Assembly: GCA_030386295.1 (NCBI GenBank)
Contig: JANQAO010000003.1
Span: 48,114 to 112,113, forward strand
Direction of reading: 5' to 3'
From: Candidatus Doriopsillibacter californiensis
GTDB lineage: Bacteria; Pseudomonadota; Gammaproteobacteria; Tethybacterales; Persebacteraceae
DNA length: 64,000 nucleotides
Below, one piece after another: positions 43,449 to 52,949 of this stretch (position 1 is the first letter of the stretch; every line of letters begins with the position of its first letter). Under the pieces are notes generated by a model, which saw only the letters and a list, made by a program, of their open reading frames with translations, searched no databases and was not told the DNA's origin. Both the position numbers and the translations under genes were made by a program.

Positions 43449-43727
43449 ATGGCACAAAAAAAGGCTGGCGGCTCAACAAAAAATGGGCGCGATTCAAATC
43501 CAAAATATTTGGGAGTTAAGTGCTTTGGTGGCGAAAAAGTCCGCCCCGGTAGCATTATCGTGCGTCAGCGCGGTACAAAATTTCATCCCGGCGACAATGT
43601 CGGTATGGGGCGCGACCACACTCTCTTTAGCAAAACCGATGGTGTCGTTCTTTTTCGTCGCCACGGGCGCGGTAGTCGGCACTATGTCAACGTTGTCGCT
43701 GCTGTTTCGGACGTCAAGTCCGCTTAA
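43449..43727 (+). CDS. rpmA: 50S ribosomal protein L27
   Basis: [24 protein letters not shown]... Confidence 0.95.
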   Translation: MAQKKAGGSTKNGRDSNPKYLGVKCFGGEKVRPGSIIVRQRGTKFHPGDNVGMGRDHTLFSKTDGVVLFRRHGRGSRHYVNVVAAVSDVKSA

Positions 43728-43775
43728 TCGTTACACCGTCGCATATCGCACTATGTGCCGCACCGGCAGGCGGCA

Positions 43776-44786
43776 ATGAAACGAGGATTTATTGATGAAA
43801 CTGTAATTTCCGTTACAGGTGGTGATGGTGGTAACGGTATTGTGAGTTTTTTACGCGAACGTGCTCGACCACATGGTGGTCCAAATGGAGGCAATGGTGG
43901 ACGTGGCGGAAATGTATTGGTTGTTGCCGACCGGCACGTTAAAACGCTGTTGGAATTATCTCGGCGGCGACGCATTGTCGCAGTTAATGGCAAACATGGT
44001 GAGGGTAGCGACCGTCATGGTGCTGGCGGCGTTGATACTCGTATTTTAGTGCCGGTAGGAACTCGGGTGTTAGACGCCGATACGGGTTATTTGCACGCTG
44101 ATTTATTATGTGACCAAGATAACACATTGCTTGCTGCCGGCGGGCATGGCGGTTTTGGGAATGCTCACTTTAAATCTTCTGTTAATCAGGCGCCGCGTCG
44201 TTGTACTGCTGGGGAAACCGGTGAAGAACGTCGTTTTCGTTTGGAGTTGCGTCTTTTGGCTAATGTTGGCTTCTTAGGATTGCCAAATGCTGGCAAGTCG
44301 TCATTGTTGCGGGCGCTATCGGCGGCTAAGCCTAAAGTTGCCGCTTATCCTTTCACGACTCTGTCACCACAGTTGGGAGTTATAGACGGCGGTGACGGTA
44401 GCACGATTACTATCGCCGATGTGCCCGGACTCATTGAAGGTGCAGCTCAAGGAGCGGGGCTTGGTAATCGTTTTCTCAAGCATCTCATGCGAACGGCACT
44501 GTTGTGTCATGTGGTAGACATGACAACAGAATCGCCAGAATCGGATTGTCGTTTGGTGGAGAATGAATTACAAAATACTGATTTGCCACTTATTCAAAAA
44601 CCGCGCTGGCTGGTGCTGAACAAAGCTGATATGCTTTCGGAAAGTGCTCGCGAGGCATGCCGAAAGACCATGTCTCAGCGTTTTCCAGAATTTTCGCAAA
44701 CGCATGTACTATCAGCTCTCACCGGTGAAGGTGTGCGTGAATTTTCCATTATGCTACTCAAACATCATGCGAACGTTACTATCTAA
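43776..44786 (+). CDS. obg: GTPase Obg/CgtA
   Basis: It has an Obg fold N-domain (GGDGGNGIVSF...GGPNGGNGGRGGNV) and a G domain (GLPNAGKSSL, DVPGLIEGA). There is no acidic C-terminal tail. Confidence 0.9.
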   Translation: MKRGFIDETVISVTGGDGGNGIVSFLRERARPHGGPNGGNGGRGGNVLVVADRHVKTLLELSRRRRIVAVNGKHGEGSDRHGAGGVDTRILVPVGTRVLDADTGYLHADLLCDQDNTLLAAGGHGGFGNAHFKSSVNQAPRRCTAGETGEERRFRLELRLLANVGFLGLPNAGKSSLLRALSAAKPKVAAYPFTTLSPQLGVIDGGDGSTITIADVPGLIEGAAQGAGLGNRFLKHLMRTALLCHVVDMTTESPESDCRLVENELQNTDLPLIQKPRWLVLNKADMLSESAREACRKTMSQRFPEFSQTHVLSALTGEGVREFSIMLLKHHANVTI

Positions 44787-45879
44787 GGCGCGCCGGATTG
44801 TTGTTAAGGTTGGCAGCAGTTTGCTGACTGCTGACGGCACTCAATTAGATTTGAATTATATTAGGCAGTTATCTGCACAGGTTGCCGCGGCGCGATTGGA
44901 AGGTAAAGAAATTGTAATTGTTTCTTCTGGCGCAGTTGCCGCAGGCGTTCAGCGCTTGGGATGGGAAAAACGCCCAATCCTGCGTGCTGATATACAAGTT
45001 GCTGCTGCTGTTGGGCAAATGCGATTGAGCGACGCTTATGAAGACGCTTTTTCGCGTCATGGATTGCATGCAGGCCAAGCCCTTTTGACCGCCGAAGACA
45101 TGGCACACCGAACTTTGTATTTGAATGCTCGTACGGCGTTGCGGCGAATGTTAGATTGCCGCGTGATACCGGTAGTTAACGAAAATGATGTTATCGCTAC
45201 CGATGCGGTAAATTTTGATGACAATGATCGGTTGGCGGCACAAATTGTGAATTTGCTGGAAGCTGATGTACTGTTGATGCTTACCGACATTGACGGCTTG
45301 CGTACTGATGGTGGCAAGGGAGACGTTGTGCGGCAGGCGGCGGCGGCGGATGAAACTTTGCTGCGTTATGTAGTGCCACGAGTTGGCGGTGTAGGGTCCG
45401 GTGGTATGTCGACTAAATTACAAGCGGCTCGAGTTGCCGCCCGTAGCGGTGCTCATTCGTTGATTGCTAACGGCCGTGCCGATGATTGCTTACATCGCGC
45501 ACTAAGCGGTGATGTAGGGATTGGCACGTTGCTTGTTGCTGATACCCCACGATTGTCTGCGCGCAAGCAATGGCTAGCGAGTGGATTGCGTGTGTGTGGC
45601 GGAATGGTTTTGGACGCGGGTGCGGTGCGGGCGGTGGTGCGAGATAAAAAAAGCTTACTGCCGGCGGGAGTGAGCAAAGTTCACGGTGATTTTGTTCGCG
45701 GCGATTCAATTGTCTTAGAAAACGAAAGTGGTGGAATAGTTGGCTATGCACTAGTCAATTATGACTCGGCAGCGGCGTGTCGCCTCTGCGGTATTAATAG
45801 CCGCGATATTGCGCAAATTATCGGCTATGTTCACGAAGAAGAAATGGCGCACCGCGATAACATGTCTATCATAGAATAG
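44767..45879 (+). CDS. proB: glutamate 5-kinase
   Basis: KARRIVVKVGSSLLT, an amino-acid kinase fold and a C-terminal PUA domain. I chose the start at MRTLLSKARR. It overlaps the obg 3' end by 20 bp. No proA is adjacent. Confidence 0.9.
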   Translation: MRTLLSKARRIVVKVGSSLLTADGTQLDLNYIRQLSAQVAAARLEGKEIVIVSSGAVAAGVQRLGWEKRPILRADIQVAAAVGQMRLSDAYEDAFSRHGLHAGQALLTAEDMAHRTLYLNARTALRRMLDCRVIPVVNENDVIATDAVNFDDNDRLAAQIVNLLEADVLLMLTDIDGLRTDGGKGDVVRQAAAADETLLRYVVPRVGGVGSGGMSTKLQAARVAARSGAHSLIANGRADDCLHRALSGDVGIGTLLVADTPRLSARKQWLASGLRVCGGMVLDAGAVRAVVRDKKSLLPAGVSKVHGDFVRGDSIVLENESGGIVGYALVNYDSAAACRLCGINSRDIAQIIGYVHEEEMAHRDNMSIIE

Positions 45880-45884
45880 CGACT

Positions 45885-46859
45885 GTGAAACAAAACAAAA
45901 GTGACTTAGCCGGAGAGTTGGCGAAATACGACGGTGATTTGCGCCGTATGTTTAAGAGAGGGCGGGCGCTAGTAAAGTCTGAAGTATCGTTAGCAGAAAT
46001 CATTAGCCGGAGACAATTATCTGGAGGCAAGCGTTTGCGGGCAGTGGTGGCGTTACTGAGTGGCAGATTGTGTGGCTTACCTGATGCCATGAGTGACAAA
46101 ACTGCGGTGGCTATTGAGTTTATCCATACTGCAACGTTGCTGCATGACGATGTCGTAGATGAAGCAGTATTGCGCCGCCGTCAATCTACGGCTAATCATG
46201 TTTATGGTAATTCGGCGGCGGTGTTGGCCGGTGATTTTTTGTATTCACGAGCGTCACAAATTTTGGCGGATATTGGTTGTATGCCGTTATTAGTTTGGAT
46301 TGCTGATGCGACTAACAGCTTAGCAGAAGGTGAAATTATGCAGTTGGAGCAGCGTGGTTGCATAATGACGAAGGATATTTATTTCAATATTATCCGTCGC
46401 AAGACTGCAAATTTATTTGAAGCAGCAACAGCAGCGGCGGTGTTGATTGCCGACCGTCCTGCCGTTTTGGCGGCGATGACCGCCTATGGAAGACACTTGG
46501 GTATGGCTTTTCAGTTGATTGATGACTGTTTAGATTATGTTGGTTCTGATGCAGAAATGGGAAAAAAAATTGGCGCCGATTTCGCCGAAGGGAAAATGAC
46601 ATTGCCCGCTATTTTAGCGTTAGAAAAAACCAATGGTACGACTCGCCGTCGCTTGCTGACTGGGTGGAAAAAAAATGATGATGTTTCGTTTGCCGACACC
46701 CTACGGCTGGCACGTGAGACCGGCGCGTTGGATGAAGTGCACAGGTTGGCTGCCAAAGAATCTGAACTTGCCATCGCGGCTTTGGATGAACTGTCCCCTA
46801 GTTTGGCACGTGATTCGCTGACAACTTTGGCAAAAGTTTCGGTAAATCGACGTTGCTAA
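45885..46859 (+). CDS. ispB: octaprenyl/polyprenyl diphosphate synthase
   Basis: 324 aa with two DDxxD motifs (LLHDDVVDEA and QLIDDCLDY). Confidence 0.85.
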   Translation: MKQNKSDLAGELAKYDGDLRRMFKRGRALVKSEVSLAEIISRRQLSGGKRLRAVVALLSGRLCGLPDAMSDKTAVAIEFIHTATLLHDDVVDEAVLRRRQSTANHVYGNSAAVLAGDFLYSRASQILADIGCMPLLVWIADATNSLAEGEIMQLEQRGCIMTKDIYFNIIRRKTANLFEAATAAAVLIADRPAVLAAMTAYGRHLGMAFQLIDDCLDYVGSDAEMGKKIGADFAEGKMTLPAILALEKTNGTTRRRLLTGWKKNDDVSFADTLRLARETGALDEVHRLAAKESELAIAALDELSPSLARDSLTTLAKVSVNRRC

Positions 46860-46948
46860 TTGACGGCTAATAGCAATCACCATTGCGAGAAGATTATCTA
46901 ACTCTCTCTTGATAGTATGCGGTTATCAGCTTATGCTTCTACCGTGAT

Positions 46949-47368
46949 ATGATTCCACTACTGATGTTAAATTCCCCAGAAAAAAAATCACCAGAGCAAT
47001 TGCGAGAACGTTTGACTGATTTGCAATATCGTGTTACACAGAAAAAAGGTACGGAACCAGCTTTTACTGGTGAATATCACGATTGCAAAACATCTGGAAC
47101 ATACATTTGTATTTGTTGCGATCGAGAGTTATTTGATTCTGATACCAAATATGATTCCGGTACTGGCTGGCCGTCGTTTTATGCTCCCAAAAATGCTGAC
47201 AGTGTGGCAGAAAAAAAAGACAATTCATTTTTTATACGGCGCACCGAGGTGGTTTGCGGCAATTGTGACGCTCATTTAGGGCATGTTTTCAATGACGGTC
47301 CTCAGCCGACGGGAATGCGCTACTGCATGAATTCTGCCGCCTTGCGACTCAATCCTAAAAATGATTAA
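46949..47368 (+). CDS. msrB: peptide-methionine (R)-S-oxide reductase
   Basis: Two CxxC zinc motifs (CICCDRELF, CGNCDAHLGHVF) and the catalytic RYCMNSAAL. Confidence 0.9.
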   Translation: MIPLLMLNSPEKKSPEQLRERLTDLQYRVTQKKGTEPAFTGEYHDCKTSGTYICICCDRELFDSDTKYDSGTGWPSFYAPKNADSVAEKKDNSFFIRRTEVVCGNCDAHLGHVFNDGPQPTGMRYCMNSAALRLNPKND

Positions 47369-47373
47369 GCAAA

Positions 47374-47919
47374 ATGCGCCACTGGATTAACATTACGCCG
47401 GCAATTGTTTTTTTTGGTGTTTTCATAATGACCAAACAAGATTTTCGCACTGCCACAATGGCACTGATGGTTGCCGTTGTTCTGCAAATTTTGGCACTCA
47501 AACTGTGTAAATTGCCAATTAAGGCTATGGAATGGACAATACTTAGTCTCGTTTTAGTATTTGGTTGTATTACCTTATTGTTGCGCGAAAATTTTTATCT
47601 GCAAATCAAAACTACCGTTATTAATTGGTTATTTGCGCTGGTATTGGTGATTGCTGAATTCGGATTCAAAAAAAATCTTATGAAGGGAGTTCTCAGCGAA
47701 TTTATTACCGCACCAGATGCGGTATGGCGACGAGCGTTGCTTATGCTGTCGATAATGTTTGGCATTATCGGTGCCGCCAATCTAATAATTATTTTTAATT
47801 TTTCCGAATCCGCTTGGGTATATGTTAAAACATTTGGTTATCCCGCTTTTAGTTTTTTGTCGCTCCTTACCATTATTACTTATCTGATGCGTCATGCCGC
47901 TACTCGTGATGAGCGATAG
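47374..47919 (+). CDS. yciB: intracellular septation protein A (YciB/IspZ)
   Basis: 181 aa with five TM helices, collinear with E. coli YciB. Confidence 0.8.
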   Translation: MRHWINITPAIVFFGVFIMTKQDFRTATMALMVAVVLQILALKLCKLPIKAMEWTILSLVLVFGCITLLLRENFYLQIKTTVINWLFALVLVIAEFGFKKNLMKGVLSEFITAPDAVWRRALLMLSIMFGIIGAANLIIIFNFSESAWVYVKTFGYPAFSFLSLLTIITYLMRHAATRDER

Positions 47920-48202
47920 CAGTCTTACAGAGCAGTTGCGTACCCGTTTGCGGGCGCTATCGCCACGGCAATTGAACCTGACTAATGAGAGCCATCTGCA
48001 CGTTGGTCATCAAGAAGCCGGTAATGGTGCGCACTTTAGGCTGCATATTGTTTCTGACTGTTTTGTTGGATTATCTATTTTGGCACGTCATCGTTTGATA
48101 TACGACACGGTTGGCGCTCTTATGGAACAAGGTATACATGCGTTATCTATCGCCGCTTTTACGTTTGAAGAACATTCCCATAGAAAGGACTCTCGCTCAT
48201 GA
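47909..48202 (+). CDS. BolA family protein
   Basis: About 97 aa. ESHLHVGH...GAHFRLHIVSDCFVG...RHRLIY fits the BolA helix-turn-helix signature. Confidence 0.7.
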   Translation: MSDSSLTEQLRTRLRALSPRQLNLTNESHLHVGHQEAGNGAHFRLHIVSDCFVGLSILARHRLIYDTVGALMEQGIHALSIAAFTFEEHSHRKDSRS

Positions 48203-49038
48203 AAAAAAACTATTATCTATTATTACTCGCTGCTTTTTTTGTCACTGGCTGTAGTAATGCTAATGATGAAACTACTGGTACCAGCAGTGATACCGAAAAA
48301 CCAGCCGTTACAGCTAGCGAAGATACTATTGTCACAATTGATGGTGATGCTATCCCTGTTGTACGATTGGAGGCCTACATGCGCCCGGGGAGTAATGAAA
48401 CTCGTGAGCAAGTATTGGAAAATGTTATTGCCAGCGAAATCATCAGCCGTGCCGCTCGTGCTGCGGGGCTTCACGAAAAAGCGGATATTGCTCAACAATT
48501 AGTAATTCAAGAACAAACTGTATTGGGGCGCGCATATACACAACAATTTTTAGAAGAAAATCAGGTAACGGAAGAGCAAATTACCTTGCGTTATGAAGAA
48601 TTAAAAAATGAATTTGCTAATCGAAAAGAGTATTCAGCGGCACACATTTTGACTAAAGATGAAGAAAAGGCCAAGACTATTTACAAACAAGTTAGCGAAA
48701 ATCCTGAAAAATTTGCAGAACTGGCAAAGGAACATTCAGAAGATCCTGGTTCGGCGCAAAATGGTGGTAGTTTGGGCTGGGTGGAATCTCGGGTATTTGT
48801 TCCCGAATTTGCTGCTGCTCTTGAGATGACCGATGCCGGTGAATTAGCTTCGGGGCCAGTGCAAAGCCAATTTGGTTGGCACATCATTTTAGTGGAAGAC
48901 ACTCGCCCGTTGTCGGTACCACCGTTCAATGACGAAATGCGGGAACGGCTGAGGCAGGCAGTCCGAATTGAACTGTTCACGGAACATTTGGACGGATTGC
49001 GCGCAAAAGCAAACATCGTTATTAACGAACAACAGTAA
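48199..49038 (+). CDS. parvulin-type peptidyl-prolyl cis-trans isomerase lipoprotein
   Basis: A lipoprotein signal (LLLAAFFVTGCS). A PpiC/parvulin domain (AAHILTKDEEKAK...GGSLGWVESRVFVPEFA...GWHIILVED). Confidence 0.75.
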   Translation: MKKNYYLLLLAAFFVTGCSNANDETTGTSSDTEKPAVTASEDTIVTIDGDAIPVVRLEAYMRPGSNETREQVLENVIASEIISRAARAAGLHEKADIAQQLVIQEQTVLGRAYTQQFLEENQVTEEQITLRYEELKNEFANRKEYSAAHILTKDEEKAKTIYKQVSENPEKFAELAKEHSEDPGSAQNGGSLGWVESRVFVPEFAAALEMTDAGELASGPVQSQFGWHIILVEDTRPLSVPPFNDEMRERLRQAVRIELFTEHLDGLRAKANIVINEQQ

Positions 49039-49072
49039 TATCGTGCCTCCGCGTGTTATTGCGGGGTGGCAA

Positions 49073-49921
49073 ATGCTGGTTTTTGGCGGTGCATACGGTA
49101 ATCTGTCAGCATTGCAGGCGTTGTTGAGAGTAGTTGGTAGCGAGCAATCGTTGAATATTGTATGTACCGGCGATCTCGTTGCTTATTGTGCTGATGGTGC
49201 GGCGGTTTGTGAATTGGTGCGTGACAAAATCCCGGATGCTACCTTTGTCCGCGGTAATTGCGAACGTGCGGTGGGAAATGATGAGGAAGATTGTGGTTGC
49301 GGTTTTGACACCGATAGTACCTGCGCGCTGTTGTCTGTTTCATGGCATCGCCATGCTCGTATCAATATTTCCGCTACTACTAAAGTATGGATGAAGAAAC
49401 TGCCCATGCGAACAGATATCGTCTTCGGTGGGCGGAAATTGGCCGTTGTTCATGCCGATGGCGTGAGTGATAACCGTTTTATTTTTCCATCTACACCGGA
49501 ATCAAACAAACAAGCAGTTTTAAGTGCTATGGGGGTGGACGGCGTTATTGCTGGTCACAGCGGCATTCCTTTTACGCAGATGTTGAACAATGGCGGAATT
49601 TGGCACAATAGTGGTGCGCTGGGTATGCCAGCCAATGATGGGACTAATCGTGTTTGGTACGCGCTATGGACGGTGGAAGCGGATGGTATTCACATTACTC
49701 ATCATGCATTGAATTATGATATTGCTGTAACTGCGTCGACCATGAAAGCTGCCGGATTGCCGCCCGATTATCGGCTTACATTGGATTCTGGGATTTGGCC
49801 TAGCGATAGTGTTTTGCCGGAAATAGAACGACGACAACAGGGTCAACAGCTCAATCCTCCACCAGTTTTTTGGCCTTCTTCAACGATAGTTATTAAGAAG
49901 ACGAGCAGCGTGCCGCGCTAA
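49073..49921 (+). CDS. calcineurin-like metallophosphoesterase family protein
   Basis: Motifs GDLVAY, RGNCE, the HADGVSD region and GHSG fit the metallophosphatase fold. I placed the start at MLVFGGAYGNL. Confidence 0.55.
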   Translation: MLVFGGAYGNLSALQALLRVVGSEQSLNIVCTGDLVAYCADGAAVCELVRDKIPDATFVRGNCERAVGNDEEDCGCGFDTDSTCALLSVSWHRHARINISATTKVWMKKLPMRTDIVFGGRKLAVVHADGVSDNRFIFPSTPESNKQAVLSAMGVDGVIAGHSGIPFTQMLNNGGIWHNSGALGMPANDGTNRVWYALWTVEADGIHITHHALNYDIAVTASTMKAAGLPPDYRLTLDSGIWPSDSVLPEIERRQQGQQLNPPPVFWPSSTIVIKKTSSVPR

Positions 49922-50122
49922 CTACCGTGCTGTAGCCACGCGGCACAGTGTTGTTCAACGGAGTCAAAATCAGGCAGGACGAAATTACGAGTTCCAAATG
50001 GCAATGTGATAAGTGTGTCAACAATATTTGCACTGAGTAATGGTTTATTTTTATTTTCGCCTCTCAGCACAGTAGTTTCACGCTACTTTCAATAAATAGC
50101 GTAATGTACTTGCGCGTTTGGC

Positions 50123-50598
50123 TTAATTGCCTTCTATATGCACTTGCCATGGACTTTTACTGTCGCCAGAAAAATAAAAACGCACTGCAGGAGGATGCTG
50201 TTGTGCTCGGCGGATGGCAAACTCAATAAGATCGCGTGCTGTGCCGCTGGATTGGGCTCCGCCGTGCACTACGGTCTGCGGAGTAAAAACATCACCAATG
50301 TGGCGTAAATGTCGGTTGTAACCTTGCTGCCGTTGCGTATAAGCAGAATCAAAAAATGGAGCTTTCCACTAAGAGCTGCCGTGTACCAAGTTGTCCCAAT
50401 AATCAACATGCAATTCTAATGCTGCCACGTTATCGCGGCGGGAGAAATTTTTTAAAAATAACTGTTCTGCTGGTGAGCAGGAATAGCACCCCTGTGAGGT
50501 GAACGGTTCTACCAAAATCTCACAGACGGCGCTGCAGCCCCTTCTGTAACTGCCGACAGTGGCGTCAGAACTATCAACTAAACGATAATATTTTTCAT
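50123..50598 (-). pseudogene. DUF1223 (thioredoxin-fold, CxxC) protein remnant
   Basis: No ORF of 60 aa or more covers this 680-bp gap. The minus-strand translation gives LVEPFTSQGCYSCSPAE...ALELHVDYWDNL..(TAG)..FFDSAYTQRQQGYNRHL...TPQTVVHGG, matching the DUF1223 consensus (FTSQGCSSCPPAD...HVDYWD...FTQRQ). It contains an in-frame stop, and both ends are disrupted. Confidence 0.5.
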
Positions 50599-50668
50599 TG
50601 TGTCATTTCCTTCTAACTTGTATAATGAGTACACGTGTTTTTTTATTTTAGTCAAGAGAGGGAAAGTT

Positions 50669-52030
50669 ATGCCGCAGCGTAAACCAACTTATGATAGCAC
50701 TAATGTAGAGCGGTTTATGACAGGGCTTATTCGTCGTGCTCCACACGAACCCGAATTTCACCAATCCGTGCGCGAAGTGGCCGAAGTTATTATTCCCCAT
50801 ATTCGAAAAAATGATCGCATTACCAACGCTATTGTTTTTGAGCGCATGACTGAACCGGAGAGGGTGTTTATGTTTCGCATTATTTGGGAAGATGATAACG
50901 GTAATGTGCGCCTGAATCGTGGCTATCGAGTGCAATTTAACAACGCGCTCGGTCCTTACAAAGGCGGTTTGCGCTTTCATCCTTCGGTCAATATTAGTAT
51001 TTTAAAATTTTTAGGGTTTGAACAGACTTTCAAGAATGCGCTTACTGGTCTGCCGCTGGGTGCAGCAAAAGGTGGTTCTGATTTCAACCCCCGAGGGAAA
51101 TCCGACAAGGAAGTGTTACGTTTTTGTAAATCGTTTATGTTGGAATTATTTCGCCACATTGGGCCCAATTTGGACGTGCCAGCTGGTGACATCGGTGTGG
51201 GTGAACGTGAAATTGGTTATTTATTCGGACAGTATAAGCGGATTACCGGTGAATTTGCCTCCGGTGTGCTTACCGGCAAAGGTCTGACTTTTGGTGGTAG
51301 TCTAATTCGCCGTGAGGCTACTGGTTACGGTGCTGCTTACTTTGCCGAGGAAATGCTTAACGCTGTTAACGATGGATTAAAAGATAAAACCTGCGCTGTT
51401 TCCGGTAGTGGTAATGTTGCCCTGTATTGCGCACAAAAAATCATTCAGCTTGGTGGACGCGTGGTCACTATGTCTGACTCCGATGGTTTTATCTATGATA
51501 AAGAAGGCATTGACGAGAAAAAATTAGCGCGCATTATTGAACTCAAAAGCGCGCGGATGCGTATTCGTGAGTACGTCAAACACTATAAGAAAGCTAGCTA
51601 CCATGCAGGTAAGCGTCCGTGGGGAGCCCCTGCTTTTGCCGCTTTTCCTTGTGCGACACAAAATGAAATTGATATTGAAGATGCTAAACGATTGCTTAAA
51701 AATAAATGTCGACTAGTAGTGGAAGGCGCAAACATGCCTACTACTATTGGCGCTTACAAATTATTACGCGACAAAGTTATTTTTGCTCCCGCCAAAGCGG
51801 CTAATGCCGGAGGTGTAGCAATTTCCGGTTTGGAAATGAGCCAAAACAGTCTCCGTCTTTCATGGTCGGAAGACGAAATGGAGGAACGCTTGCGTGATAT
51901 TATGATCAGTATTCATAAGCAATGCGTAACACACGGTAAGCAGGGTAAAAAGCCGGTAGATTATGTAGTCGGGGCTAATATTGCTGGTTTTCTACGTGTT
52001 TCTGATGCTATGTTGGCACATGGTGTTTAA
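50669..52030 (+). CDS. gdhA: NADP-specific glutamate dehydrogenase
   Basis: 453 aa counted from MPQRKPTYD. It has the Glu/Leu/Phe/Val dehydrogenase active-site region (LPLGAAKGGSDF) and an NAD(P) Rossmann motif (VSGSGNVALY). Confidence 0.9.
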   Translation: MPQRKPTYDSTNVERFMTGLIRRAPHEPEFHQSVREVAEVIIPHIRKNDRITNAIVFERMTEPERVFMFRIIWEDDNGNVRLNRGYRVQFNNALGPYKGGLRFHPSVNISILKFLGFEQTFKNALTGLPLGAAKGGSDFNPRGKSDKEVLRFCKSFMLELFRHIGPNLDVPAGDIGVGEREIGYLFGQYKRITGEFASGVLTGKGLTFGGSLIRREATGYGAAYFAEEMLNAVNDGLKDKTCAVSGSGNVALYCAQKIIQLGGRVVTMSDSDGFIYDKEGIDEKKLARIIELKSARMRIREYVKHYKKASYHAGKRPWGAPAFAAFPCATQNEIDIEDAKRLLKNKCRLVVEGANMPTTIGAYKLLRDKVIFAPAKAANAGGVAISGLEMSQNSLRLSWSEDEMEERLRDIMISIHKQCVTHGKQGKKPVDYVVGANIAGFLRVSDAMLAHGV

Positions 52031-52040
52031 TCATTAGGAA

Positions 52041-52937
52041 ATGTCTAGTTATCCTCTAATTTTTGGTGCCTCTGGCCTAACTGGAACGGAAACAGCGCGA
52101 TTGCTGTCGTTGGCAAAAGTGCCATTACGAGTTTCATATCGAGAGCAGGCTGATCTTAATGTTTTGCGTAATTATGCTGTTGAACCTGTTTATGCCGATT
52201 ATGCCGATGTGAACACTATTAAAAAAGCGATGCAGGATGTTAGTAGCGCGTTATTGATACTTCCTATTCATGAGCAAATGGCGGAGTGGGGAAAGCGGGT
52301 TATCGATTGTGCAAAAAAAACTAAGTTGCCTCGGTTGGTTTTACTTTCCAATTTGGGGGCAAATGAACAATCAGCGAACGATATTCCCCGCATGCATGGT
52401 GAAATAATCGCCTCTCTCAAGGAAAGCGGCATTCCTTATGACATTGTTAAATCTGCGCCGTATTTTCAAAACCTATTTTGGAATGTTATTACCATCGTAC
52501 GCAACCGCCAGTTTTCTCTTCCCTTGGACAACATAGAGATACCTTATATTGACGTACAAGATTTATCTATCGTTTTTGCTAAATTGCTGTACGAAACGCG
52601 TGAGGGAAACAATGAATATTATCTTACTGGACCGCAGCCATTGAGTATGTTCAGATTTTCGCGACAGCTAAGTTTAGCATTGGGGAAGAGTATTCGTTAT
52701 GTCCCTTCGCCACCGCAGGCAGGAGCACAGACCTTTCGCGACATGGGTTTGACTCGTTGGTTATCACAGGCTATTGCCGACATGTACAAAGATTACGCCA
52801 CCGGTAATTATAGTCAGATAACTAAGGATTTTGAGAAAATTATGGGGCGTAAGCCGACGGGCATTAGCAGTTTTCTTGAGCGCAATATTTCCGTTTTTAC
52901 GGATCCGACTGTTCCTGCCGGTTTTTTGGAAAGTTAA
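52041..52937 (+). CDS. NmrA-like NAD(P)H-binding protein (atypical SDR)
   Basis: The N-terminus IFGASGLTGTE and an NmrA-like fold. Confidence 0.65.
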   Translation: MSSYPLIFGASGLTGTETARLLSLAKVPLRVSYREQADLNVLRNYAVEPVYADYADVNTIKKAMQDVSSALLILPIHEQMAEWGKRVIDCAKKTKLPRLVLLSNLGANEQSANDIPRMHGEIIASLKESGIPYDIVKSAPYFQNLFWNVITIVRNRQFSLPLDNIEIPYIDVQDLSIVFAKLLYETREGNNEYYLTGPQPLSMFRFSRQLSLALGKSIRYVPSPPQAGAQTFRDMGLTRWLSQAIADMYKDYATGNYSQITKDFEKIMGRKPTGISSFLERNISVFTDPTVPAGFLES

Positions 52938-52949
52938 ACGGGCTCCCTG

